Origin: Chrysomallon squamiferum
Taxonomy: Eukaryota > Animalia > Mollusca
Length of the DNA: 64,000 nucleotides
Assembly: GCA_012295275.1 (NCBI GenBank)
Contig: CM022671.1
Location: forward strand, 8,680,001 to 8,744,000
Direction of reading: 5' to 3'
Part shown: one piece after another, positions 40,939 to 53,509 of the stretch
Layout of the letters: every line of letters begins with the position of its first letter
How positions within the stretch are numbered: position 1 is the first letter of the stretch
Program-made: the position numbers and the translations under genes
Notes under the pieces: model-generated
What the model saw: only the letters and a program-made list of their open reading frames with translations
Database searches by the model: none
Told to the model about the DNA's origin: nothing

Positions 40939-41094
40939 GTTATGCTACTTAACAATTTATGGTAACAACTTTCCTCAAAATTAGTTTTCAGTACTGAAAT
41001 TCTTTCTTCGTCTTTTAAGTTCGTTTTGCTTAATATGGCAGTAAATAAATGAAATTGTGACTGACTGAGAGTAAGACTTATTACAATATTTGTT

Positions 41095-41236
41095 GTTACT
41101 GTTAGTGTTACTATTAAAAGTATTAGTGTTACTGTTAGTGTTACTATTAAAAGTATTAGTAGTGTTACTGTTAGTGTTACTATTAAAAGTATTAGTGATT
41201 TAGTGTTAGTGTTACTGTTACTGTTACTGTTAGTGT
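41095..41236. repeat. Short tandem repeat (~33 bp x3, then gttact units)
   Basis: gttactgttagtgttactattaaaagtattagt is repeated three times. Confidence 0.8.
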
Positions 41237-41364
41237 CAAATTCAATAATTGATTAAGGTTTTGAAATTTAAAAGCACCTGCTTGGAAGCAAGATTAATTA
41301 AATGTTAATATTAATACTGTGAAAATATAAATAAATTAAAAATGCTAACAGAATACTTGTTTAC

Positions 41365-41633
41365 TTGTAACAAATGAGGTTCGAACAAAATCACATCGAA
41401 ATTACCTTTTCGTATTTTCTGCCAACATAGACTGCTACTGTGCGTTTGAGAAGCGATCTGGCGCTGAGAAATATAGCTTCGGAAACAATCGTATGTTTTC
41501 GTTGTCAGAATGATCGGAGTCGTACTAAAGGGCGATAACCGGAACTTTTTTGTTTTGTTTTGTTTGACATGTGATGGTCTTGAAAATGAAAATAGGCGTA
41601 TACAAATAGAACTCGTTTTGTTAAAATTTTGTA
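41365..41633. promoter_or_regulatory. Probable bidirectional promoter and 5' UTRs of the brambleberry-like gene and ATG7
   Basis: The main CpG-dense stretch between the divergent genes. It has a minus-strand donor (caa|gtaaac) near 41365 and an ETS-like CCGGAA near 41540. Confidence 0.55.
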
Positions 41634-42007
41634 ATGGCAGCAGAAACACTTTTACAATTTGCGCCGTTCAGTAGTGCACTAGATACCGGATTCTGGCAAA
41701 AATTATCTCAAAATAAACTGAATATTTACGGGCTGGATGAAGAATCGAAACCGATCAGTGGATTTTATTTTAATGGTAGATACTAGATTACTAGATAAAT
41801 TGCATGAAAATGATGAACATAATTATCAGAATTAATAGTTATTTTCATTTTTTGCGCCATATCATTTCATTCTCATTATAAAGAAATAAAGATAAATATA
41901 TATTAAATAAGATATTAATTTTAAGTTTAAGTTTAATTTCTCTAACGTAGAATTTTGATTTGGCCCAGCCAACTCTGGAAAAAAAAAAAAAAATAATAAT
42001 TAAAAAA

Positions 42008-42041
<34 letters not shown>

Positions 42042-42645
42042 AAGTACAAATATACAGTCATATACATACATTATAACTGCAGGAGATCCAGATGGAATGA
42101 CACCGAGGCTGTCTGTTGATTATACAGCTTTTGACAGGTTAGCTTTTGTAATTAAACATATAGTATTATATAATAATACACAGTAGCTTAGAACTAAAGA
42201 ATACATTTTATGTTAATTATTATTACTGTTATTATTAATTTTATTTTATTTTATTATTATTATTATTTTTTTTATTATAAATTTGGAAAAATAAGTTAAA
42301 TTACATGACATTTTTTATTTAACTTTATTCGTTTAATTATTTATATTCAGTGACCCTAAAACTCCACCCAGATGTTTTCCATCTCATGGAACTCTTCACA
42401 ACACAAACACTTTGGAAAAATTTAAAGAACTGGATAAAAAAGAACTTCTGGAAACAGTGGGAAAACAGGTAACTTTGTGTATCTTGGGGATACAGGTGGG
42501 TGTGTGTGTGTGTGTGTGTGTTTGTGTGTGGTGGGTCATGTTTTTCATCACTTTGCTTTATAAATTATGTTTTTTACTTTGTTCAAACAATTGTTTTATT
42601 TCTAGATCTGCTGAATTAATAGAGGTTTTAAAGCAAAGGATAAAA

Positions 42646-42680
<35 letters not shown>

Positions 42681-45600
42681 ATCTATCTATCTGTCTACAT
42701 GTCCACATATTTATTTGTCTACCTTCTCTTACTTTTTTAATATTTTCCAACTTTTGTGTTAAAAACGTTCCTTCATTAATGCTACATATTGTTATTATTA
42801 TTTTTTAGAATAACATATATAAAGTAAAAAAATATATAATAATAATAATAATAAATAATAAAAAGAAACTGTACTGTGATGTTGGTTATTTTCAGATCTG
42901 GAATGATATAAAATCAGGAAAAGTTTTAGAAGATCCATCACATTTAGTATGTTTTCTGGCTTTAACACATGCTGTAAGTAAATACATATATTTCCAACTA
43001 TTGAAAATGTTATTTACTGCTACATTTTAACAAATATGTGTATATACAGGGGGTATGCAAACATACATACATACAATATTTACTTTTTCTCCTGTAGCTC
43101 ATTTGGTTAAAATAATTATTTACTTCACATTTCAGAAACATGTTGTCATTACATTTTGAAAATAAGTGAGAATATGAAAATATATATTACATGTGAAAAA
43201 GAGAGAGAAGTGTAATGGAAGAGACATTGCTGAAAATCTTAATGTTTAACTAAATTATATTTCTGTATCATGTTTACATTTGTTTATAAACATGTTTTTA
43301 ATTTTATTTTCACAGGACTTGAAAAAGTATAATTATTACTACTGGTTTGCTTTCCCTTGTTTAACAATGCCAGAAATTACAGTGGTCTCCAGCTCAAGTC
43401 TCTTGAAAAAATTTACATCAAAGCAGGTAATAACTGAAATTTAATTTTTGTGTACTGGATAATATTTTATATAACTGAAGATAAATATTTTAGAAATTTA
43501 TCATTATTGAAAACATTTTATTCATAATATTATTCTGTATTGAATTTATATTTAAAAAATTACCTTGACATTTTTGATAACTGTAATTCAGTGTCAAATG
43601 TTAATTTAATATTTTAAAGATTTATATGAATTTTATTACTGTCTTTATAAGCTATTTTTGGTTTTGTTAACCACTGTTTTATGGAATTGTGTTTTATTAA
43701 AGTTTTGATGTTAAAAGTTTTGATTTGTCTTGTTTTCAGATAGAAAATCTTGCTGTGACATATGATAAGTTCCAGGCTGAAAAGAAATCCTTCTGTGGAT
43801 TTTTCCTTGTCAAACTGAATGGAGATGAAGTAGAGATAGACAACATCAAAAATGCTGATTATCTAATACAGAATTCAGATCAGGTGAAAATATTATTTAT
43901 AATAAATAAATAATATAAATTTTTATTAGCTGTTTCCCCATGTAATGCCATTCAAAAATTTATCTAAATTAATCTTTTTGTGTTTGATAATAATCAGTTT
44001 AGTTTTAGTATTTATTCAGGAAAGTTAATAAATATTCAGTTAAAATGTAGAGATGTTCAAAATGGGTTTAAGTAAAAAAAAATAAAAAAAATAATGCCAT
44101 ATATAATATTTTTACATTTTAATTACTATCTGTTAACAGCTGGATTATATCCACTGATAAACAAAGTTGAAAGTTTTTTGTAAATTTTAAAAGTTTAAAC
44201 ATATTTGGTATTTGACATTATATTGAAATAGCTTCAAAGAGCGGCTATATATTGCCAGTGTGTGGGGTTAAATGTGAGGTAATGTGAGTGTGTGTGTTGA
44301 TAGATAGAGAGATAGATAGACAGACACATACTCATTCTATTCAGTAAGTTTAGGTAATGTAATTAAGAATTCCTTTGCTGTATAAAGCATCATATTATAC
44401 CATCTGATCACTTAACTAATTTGCTTACAGTTCTGTCTGACGTGTGTTTAATGTATTTCCGGTTACAGGCAGAGTTATATTTCACATTTGCTGATCCGTG
44501 TACTATGACAAATCATCCTGGCTGGCCACTGAGAAACTACCTGACACTGATTGCTTACAAATGGTAAAACCAGAATTACAAACTTATTATATTACATAAC
44601 TTTGACAGATTGGAAACGGTTAAAAATAATTATTACACAGATTATTCTATAATTATACTTTGACAGAAGTTTTTGCATCATATTGTGATACTTATTTCAT
44701 TTTCGTTTTTAAGGGGAGCTAAGTTGAAGAAAATTAATGTTTTGTGTTTTCGTGATCGGACTAGAGATGGAGTACGAGATGTATGTCACAGTTTGGTTCT
44801 TACTGTCAACATACCTCCTGTCAGTTTAGAAGGTAATTTTTTTTTACCTTTATACTCACTTTACACTGTAATGTTCTAAATATATTTAGAAGGTAATTCT
44901 TTTTTACCTTTATGCTTTATATAATTTAATATTCTAAATGTATTTAGAAGGTAATTATTTCTTACCTTTATTCTTACTTTACACAATAATTTTCTCAGTA
45001 TTTTCCATAGGTTATACTTTTTTGCCTGTGTTTTCACCATAAACAGTAATATCCCAAAATATTTTTATATACTTTCTCTGCTATAGACATTCTTCATTAA
45101 ATTATATTAACAATTACTATGAGGTGCTAGTCTAGTGATTCTGCAGCAAGAGTATAAAAACAAAACACTTGCTGACATCATTCCAAGGTTACTACTGTTC
45201 CAAGTTAGCATTAAGTGATCTTTTCTACATATTTTCATACTGATATATAACTTGAAAGACACTTGCTGAAACAAAAAAAGTCTAATGGATACAAGAAGAA
45301 ATATTGATTCTGTGACCCATTATTTGCTGCTGAGGCAGATGATGACAGACACTACTTGAAAAATCTACTAATTAGCAATAATACTTTCATGTCTGTGCCT
45401 ACCTGTAAATTATAAATATGATATCTGTTATTTATATGATAACTGTTATTTATATGATAATTAATGATTTGTTTAATGATATTTAAGTGTTGGTCAGTAC
45501 ATTGCTGTACTTTTCTTTTCAGAATGTCGGAAGTGTGTTGGGTGGGAGAAGAATGAAAGAGGAAAGCTGGGACCTCGACATGTGAACTTGAGTTCAAACA

Positions 45601-45909
45601 TGGACCCTTCCAAGTGAGGAGATTTATCCCTTAATTCTTATTTTTATTGTTTTTTTCAGTTTTTTCAACAGCAATTATACAGATATGCTAATCCAGAATG
45701 AAAAATAAATATATTAAAAATGGTAATAATATCTTTTATTTATCTATTTATTTTCAATATGTCCACTGTTGTCCTAAATATACAAACCTATATGAGAAAA
45801 CCAGCATGTAAAGATTAATTAAATGATATAAGGAAAACATTTTTAAAATGTAAGTTTTCCTAATATTTCAGACATGTAACTCTTTTGTGTTTTGCTGTTT
45901 AATTTATCA

Positions 45910-45951
<42 letters not shown>

Positions 45952-48900
45952 GGTTATAATTTTTTAAAATTTTTGTTATCCATGTTTGAACTCTTTGTTT
46001 TTCTAATTAAATAATAGATTGGCTGAATCTGCTGTTGACCTAAATCTGCGACTAATGAGATGGAGGTTATTGCCTAACCTTGACCTTGATAAGATGTCTA
46101 AGACCCGAGTTTTGTTACTGGGTGCTGGCACACTTGGCTGTAATGTAGCCAGGGGACTAATGGTGAAACTTTACTGTTGTTTTCATAATTTTCACTAATG
46201 AATGATAAATGATTTCTATAAAAAATAATAATTCAAAGATTTTAAAAAATATTTTGATCGGTGTGGAAAAAGAACATTGCATTTATTTCATTTTAAAATC
46301 CTTCTGTTAAATTTTTTTTTTTCAATATGTTCCTTCTTAAATTAAAATTAATTTGAAAAAAGTTTATGAATGTGTGTGTATAAATTAAATTTAATACTTT
46401 AAATAATTTTATAAAGTACCAAATTATACCAATTTATTTTACAGTGAACACTAGTAATAATAAATTTTTAAAATGAATGATGATGTATATATATCCTTTT
46501 CAAAAGAATTAAGCTTTCAGTTTTATCTTTATTATGATAATCTTTTCTTCTTACAGTGACAGTCCTCCATTTTGTTAACTCTAAACATTTACCTTGATTG
46601 CATATGTAAATGTTGTATATTTCACAGGCTTGGGGTGTGAGACATATAACTCTGGTAGACAATGCAAAGGTGTCATACTCCAACCCAGTGAGGCAGTCAC
46701 TCTTCTCATTTGATGATTGTTTAGACGGTGGCAGGCAAAAAGCAGAAGCTGCTGCAGATTCGTTGAAGAAAATCTTTCCTGGAGTGGTGAGTCCAGATTT
46801 ACCTGATTATGTGTGAAAGTAGAAAGACACATACATCTATAAACATCCCCAAAAAATATATACAGACACAAACACAGACACATACACACACACACTGGAA
46901 CAGCCAAACATTCACATGTGCACTCAGTCACATATACATACAGATATATTAATACAATTATTTTATAATATTTCACTGATTTGCACTTTCATGCAGTTTT
47001 GTTAAATATTAGAATGTTGAATTTATTGTTGCTGTTCTGTAATTATACAAGGACATTTATTCACAGCAACTAATCTGTTTTTTCCATGTTTATAAAAACT
47101 TTAGTAATATTGTTAATTTTATTTTTCCAGCAATCATCAGGAATTTCTCTTTCAATACCAATGCCAGGGCATTCTATTCCAGGTTTGTTTTATGCCATAA
47201 AATATATTGTATAATGTTCTGTTTTGTTTAGATATTTTATATAATTACCTTTTGCTTATTTTTATTTTTAAAGAGAAGCTCTTGTTTCATTGTATTACTG
47301 GACATATTTCAAGGTTTAAAATGAAGTTGGTAATTGAAGAAAGTATATAAATTCAGTAATTAAATGTGGTATTTGAAATCATTTATAATGTTAGGGATGG
47401 ATACAATCAAAATTTCAAAATAACAAAATTTAAAAAGATTTAGTTAATCTCAAGACATGTCTGAGATAAGTCATTTTAGTTAAAATTTCTTGTTCATATT
47501 TTATTTTAAGAATGTATATGAATACATTAGACACAAGCATATTAATATACATGAATCCATCTTTCCCTTTTCATTTCCCTTTTGTTTTCCCTTTTGATCA
47601 TGTACTTTGATTATTATTAGTAGTAGTAGTTGTAGTAATAATAACAGTAGTAGTAATAGGTGTTATAGAAGGAATAGGAATAACAACAGTAACAGTTGGT
47701 GTTGTAATAGTAGTTGTAGTAGTAGTAGTAGTAGTAGTAAGTAATAGCAGTAGTACTAGTAATTGTTGTTATTTTTGTAGCAGCAGTAGTACCAGTAGTA
47801 GTAGTATTAACATTATTATATTAATACTGTGTTTAGAGAGTGCACTGGAACAGACTAGGGCTGATGTTGAAAAGCTGAATGAGGTGTATTAGTTCTAGTT
47901 GTAGTAGTTGTAGTTGCAGTAGTAGTAGTAACAGTAGTAATAGTAGTATTAACATTATTATTATTAATACTGTGTTTAGGGAGTGAACTGGAACAGACTA
48001 GGGCTGATGTTGAAAAGCTGGATGAGGTGTTGTAGTTGTAGTAGTCATAGTAGTAACAGTAGTAGTAGTATTAACATTATTATTATTAATACTGTGTTTA
48101 AAGAGTGCACTGGAACAGACTAGGGCTGATGTTGAAAAGCTGGATGAGTTGTAGTAGTTGTAGTAGTAACAGACAGTAGGAGTAGTGTTAACATTATTGT
48201 TATTAATACTGTGTTTAGAGCAGTGGTTCTCAAACTTTTTGAAGTCAGGGCACACTTGAAGCCTTACAAACAATTGCAGGTACAAACAATTGTGAGAGAT
48301 GTTCACTTCACCCTTGTGTGAGAGATGTTCAAGAATTTAGACCTCCCTTGTGTGAGAGATGTTCACTGATATATTTATTTAGAAATGTTAACGATATATT
48401 TAGAATGACCTCCCTTGTGTGAGAGATGTTCACTGCTATATTTAGATTTTCAGCCCTTGTGTGAGAGATGTTCACTGGTATATTTAGAGTAACCTCCCTT
48501 GTGTGAGAGATGTTCACTGGTATATTTAGAGTAACCTCCCTTGTGTGAGACATGTTCACTGCTATGTTTAGAATTACAGGCCTTGTGTGAGAGATGTTAC
48601 TGGTATATTTAGAGTAACCTCCCTTGTGTGAGAGATGTTCACTGAGATATATTTATAGCCCTTTTGAGAGATATTCACTGGTATATTTAGAGTACTGCTT
48701 ATTGAGAGATGTTCACTGGTATATTTAGAGTAACCTCCCTTGTGTGAGAGATGTTCACTGCTATGTTTAGAATTACAGGCCTTGTGTGAGAGATGTTCAC
48801 TGGTATATTTAGAATTACAGGCCTTGTGTGAGTATATATCTTTATTCATCATCTATTTTGTGCTGATGAGAAGTATGAGCCTGACGTGTCTTGGCAAGTT

Positions 48901-51203
48901 CTTAAAAAATATATTTAATATGAAAAACAAAGCAATGGACTGTTAAAATGTCAAAAAAATGTACACAGGCTGTACTTTTAATGGTGTGCATTGTGCAGTG
49001 AGGGAAAACTTTTATCAGTCGTTTGCTTTTACAAATGCAACCCTATAGTAGGCTAAAATTTTACAAATGTAAAGGTTTTAGATGTGTAGTGACTGTGATA
49101 GTGATAGGAATATGTGTCACAAGAAAACTTTGGTTATTTATCACACTTGCACATGCTATCACTCATACTGTCACTGGTAAACTACTGAGCAGCCGCGCTT
49201 GCTCATCAGCCAAAGTTTCGTCTCGAATGAGTGTACAACGTGTATAAAATCTTCTAGCAACCGGCTATTTCTAACTGGATATCCTTCTGCTCTTAACATA
49301 ATCAGTTTTTTATCATCACAAATATCTTCCTAGATCCTAGAATTTCATGGGGCACACCTAAGCATGTCTCCATGCACACCCTTTGAGAGCCACTGGTTTA
49401 GAGAGTGCACTGGAACAGACAAGGGCTGATGTTGAAAAGCTGAATGAGTTGTAGTAGTTGTAGTAGTAACAGTAGTAGTAGTATTAACATTATTATTATT
49501 AATACTGTGTTTAGAGAGTGCACTGGAACAGACTAGGGCTGATGTTGAAAAGCTGGATGAGTTGTAGTAGTTGTAGTTGTAGTAGTAACAGTAGTAGTAG
49601 TATTAACATTATTATAATAATACTGTGTTTAGAGAGTGCACTGGAACAGACAAGGGCTGATGTTGATAAGCTAGTTGTTGTAGTAGTTGTAGTTGTAGTT
49701 GTAGTAGTAACAGTAGTAGTAGTGTTAACATTATATTAATATTGTGTTTAGAGAGTGCACTGGAACAGACTAGGGCTGATGTTGAAAAGCTGGATGAGTT
49801 GTAGTAGTTGTAGTTGTAGTAGTAACAGTAGTAGTAGTATTAACATTATTATAATAATACTGTGTTTAGAGAGTGCACTGGAACAGACAAGGGCTGATGT
49901 TGATAAGCTAGTTGTTGTAGTAGTTGTAGTTGTAGTTGTAGTAGTAACAGTAGTAGTAGTATTAACATTATTATAATAATACTGTGTTTAGAGAGTGCAC
50001 TGGAACAGACAAGGGCTGATGTTGATAAGCTAGTTGTTGTAGTAGTTGTAGTTGTAGTTGTAGTAGTAACAGTAGTAGTAGTGTTAACATTATATTAATA
50101 TTGTGTTTAGAGAGTGCACTGGAACAGACTAGGGCTGATGTTGAAAAGCTGGATGAGTTGTAGTAGTTGTAGTAGTAACAGTAGTAGTATTAACATTATT
50201 ATAATAATACTGTGTTTAGAGAGTGCACTGGAACAGACAAGGGCTGATGTTGAGAAACTGGATGAGTTGTAGTAGTTGTAGTAGTAGTAGTAACAGTAGT
50301 AGTAGTAATATTATTATATTAATACTGTGTTTAGAGAGTGCACTGGAACAGACAAGGGCTGATGTTGAGAAGCTAGTTGTAGTAGTTGTAGTAGTACAGT
50401 AGTAGTAGTAACATTATTATTATTATTAATACTGTGTTTAGAGAGTGCACTGGAACAGACCAGGGCTGATGTTGAAAGGCTGGATGAGCTGATAGAGAAA
50501 CATGATGTTGTGTTTCTGTTGATGGACACCAGAGAAAGTCGCTGGCTTCCTACACTGATTGGGTGTGTTAAACAGAAGGTTGGTAACAAACAGATTTTCT
50601 AAAAAAAACTTATATTAAAAAACTCATTATACTCGATATTAAAGAGAAAGGAAAATTGATGTTGACTTTGGGCTTGTAATTTAAAAATATAACAAGAAAT
50701 CTGTAGTTGATTTGGATAAATATGTTACTACAGATCTGCTGGATGAAATTTTGTATCAGAATGTTTGATTGTCTGAGTGGTTTTTCCTGATTTAATCTCT
50801 GTTTGTCACAGTTTGTCATAATAAAACAGGTTGTAAAGAAACAAAAACATATTGATTGTCATCAAGTATACATTACAGTGCATTATAATATTAAATGTAC
50901 TGATGTTTTTAGAAATTGTTTTAAACATTTCAGATTGTGATGAATGCAGCTTTGGGTTTCGACACATTCCTGGTTCTGCGACATGGCATCAAAACTGCAG
51001 CACCAACAACAAAACCAGTAAATCTTGGTTCACCCATACCAGGAAATCAACTCGGTTGTTACTTCTGTAATGATGTTGTTGCACCTGGCAATGTAAGTTT
51101 TATTTTAACTTTTATAATTTAAAAAAAAAAATTATTTTGTTTCTTGTTTTTCTTCCTCTTCTTTTTCTTGTTATTATTGTTATTATTATTGTTGTTGTTG
51201 TTG

Positions 51204-51277
<74 letters not shown>

Positions 51278-53338
51278 ATTTCACTTGCAGTCAACAAGGG
51301 ACAGAACTCTAGATCAGCAGTGCACAGTTACCAGACCTGGTGTTTCAATGATTGCTGGAGCGTTGGCTGTAGAGTTAATGGTTTCTGTCCTACAACACCC
51401 ACTTGGGTAAATCAGCTAATCTTTAATCTCATCACTGCTCTGTCTTATTTAATATTTCATATTTTACAGAATTTTAAAAACATTTGGGGTTTTGGATGAT
51501 TTTTTTTTTTTTTTTTTTTTTGCAGAAATGCTTTCATTTTCATTTCAAAATTATTTTATTTAGTATTGTTTATTGATGAAAATGAATGAAAACAAAGATT
51601 TTATATATATACATTTATTTATTTCCCTTCCCACAAGTTAGTAGGTTGGATACTGACTACTTTTTAAAAATATATAATAAAATAAGAAAAAGAAACTAAT
51701 TTTAAAAGTTTGGTTTTTACAAATAAAAAAAATTAAATAACTGCCATTATTATTAAAAATAGACATAAATGTATTTGGTTTCATACATGAATGTAATAAT
51801 TTATTTATTTTTATTAATTATGCACATGCATGTCTGTTTAGGGCTGAAGCTCCAGCAGACACAGGATCTAATGACCAGAGTGGTGAAGATGAATCAGACT
51901 GCTGTCTTGGTGTTGTACCTCACCAGGTAAAAGTTTACCTTTAATGAGAAGAACCTGTTTGTGGTCGTTCTGTTGTTAATATCTGAATGCATCGGAATAA
52001 TTCTACTTTTACTTTCACTTCAGATCCGAGGGTTTCTGTCCAGATTTCATCACGTGCTGCCAGCAAGCCAGGCCTTCGACAAGTGTACTGCCTGCTCCCA
52101 CACTGTGAGTTCAGTTTTGTTTTCAAAACTTTTTTACTTCTCTTTATTTAGTCACAGAAATTATTGTACACGTACTTCTAAATATCAATAAAAACAAATT
52201 CAGATTAAAGTATGTTTAGCTTAATGCATTAAGGATTCCTATAATTTAAATTAAAAAAAAAATTATTATTATTATTTTTATTATTGTTATTACTCTGGTT
52301 CAGTTTAATCAGAAAAAGCATTAATATTTGTAATTGTAATTGTTGCTAATTAATCTTAATATAACACAAGTTAACAGGCTAATTAAATGGCATCATGATT
52401 GCTAATATGAGGAACCACTAACATTTTAATCACACTAAAACAGATTTGGAAAGTTTTCACATGAGTAAAATTGTACATTCAAGCTCTTGATATTGATACA
52501 GAAAACTCTGTTAGCAGATTCTGAAACCTTTTGTGTCCAATTTAAAAAAACAGTTATAAAATAAAATTTTTACATTGATACTTAGTCTTTTTATTTCAAT
52601 GCTGAACAATGGCAAATAAAGAAAATAAAACTGATTTTTCCTTTCTCGTGTTGCAGGTGATGGACAGCTACAGAAAGGATGGTTTCAGTTTTCTCATCCA
52701 TGTTTTCAATGAACCAACATTCCTGGAAGACCTCACTGGTTTGACACAGATGCAGGAAGAAACTCTGGATGATGAGGTACTTTTGGTTAAAGCACATTTT
52801 CCTGGACTTATATTTCTGCTCAGTAATGTTAAATGTAATGAAGGATCAGAGAGTAGTTGTGAATTATTCTTTCTGTCATAAAGATTCAATGTCAAAAAAC
52901 TTCCATTGTTGTTGTTTTTTTAACCACTGAAATAAATATGGTTGGAAACTGAAATAATGGGATTGGAATTAGAAAAGCAAAACTATTTAATATATTATTT
53001 TATAAAAGAAAAACTATAATTTGTTCTGTTTCTTGAACTTGTAAATTAATTTGTAACCCAAGAAAGAGATGTAACAAATTTATAATAATAATAATAATAA
53101 TTATAATAAATATATAAAAAATGGTCCCTTTAATATCCATAATGACATAAAAGTTAAAACTATAAAATATATAAAATGACTTTATTTGTCCTTCTTTGAT
53201 CTTTACCTGTCATTTTTGTTTAAGTTTAAAATCATTCCATGTAGAAATTGACTTTTGTGTTGGGTATGTTTTTTATTTTAACAGGTCTGGTATCTTAGTG
53301 ATGAGGAAACTGAAGCAGAACCTGTGGAAATGTCCTGA
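41634..53338 (+). CDS. ATG7: Autophagy E1-like activating enzyme ATG7
   Basis: 19 exons in consistent phase: 41634-41775, 42083-42137, 42351-42468, 42896-42973, 43316-43426, 43740-43883, 44469-44563, 44714-44832, 45523-45613, 46018-46162, 46628-46786, 47131-47182, 50442-50578, 50934-51092, 51291-51406, 51842-51926, 52024-52104, 52657-52776, 53285-53338. Motifs: [81 protein letters not shown], catalytic [21 protein letters not shown]. Confidence 0.97.
44825..45000 (+). repeat. ~59-bp tandem triplication containing the ATG7 exon-8 splice donor
   Basis: tttagaag|gtaatt...taccttta occurs at ~44825, ~44885 and ~44943. Confidence 0.8.
48221..49395. mobile_element. Non-autonomous hAT (Charlie-like) element, 1175 bp
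   Basis: TIRs cagtggttctcaaa (48221) and tttgagagccactg (ends 49395), one mismatch in 14. Perfect 8-bp TSD GTTTAGAG at 48213-48220 and 49396-49403. No transposase ORF. Confidence 0.92.
48290..48832. repeat. 42-bp minisatellite (~13 copies) inside the hAT element
   Basis: Unit cccttgtgtgagagatgttcactggtatatttagagtaacct with 42-bp spacing. Confidence 0.92.
51170..51278. repeat. (ATT)n/(GTT)n microsatellite just upstream of ATG7 exon 15
   Basis: Directly visible trinucleotide run. Confidence 0.9.
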
Positions 53339-53509
53339 CAACATGTTTATATGTAAAACACAAAGAACCACACACTTAGAAAATGACTATTCAGTAATCC
53401 TAGCACAAATAAAATTATTAAAATACTCATTAGTAACTATTCCTATTTCAGTGTTTTCAGAACATTCATTAAAAATTTACCAGTGACAAGACATTAAACA
53501 AAAAGTAAG

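Larger units (their letters stand above)
47790..50490 (+). repeat. Tandem array (~110-140-bp unit) of the ATG7 intron-12/exon-13 junction: 12 decoy copies plus the real one
   Basis: Unit = (gta)n/(tta)n tract + aatactgtgtttag|agagtgcactggaacagac(t/a)agggctgatgttga. Acceptor positions ~47836, 47979, 48101 (AG changed to AA), 49401, 49514, 49632, 49751, 49869, 49991, 50110, 50219, 50334; the functional one is at 50441. Confidence 0.95.

Noticed and set aside
49518-49976. Duplicated 73-aa ORFs ([13 protein letters not shown]...)
   Set aside because: They start at GTG and are read-throughs of decoy units and microsatellite tracts, not genes.
47790-50490. Repeat-spacer appearance resembling a CRISPR array
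   Set aside because: The constant part is a copy of the ATG7 intron/exon junction and the spacers are related (gta)n microsatellites. The context is a eukaryotic intron with no cas genes.
51112-51499. Poly-Ile hydrophobic ORFs
   Set aside because: They are translations of an (ATT)n microsatellite.
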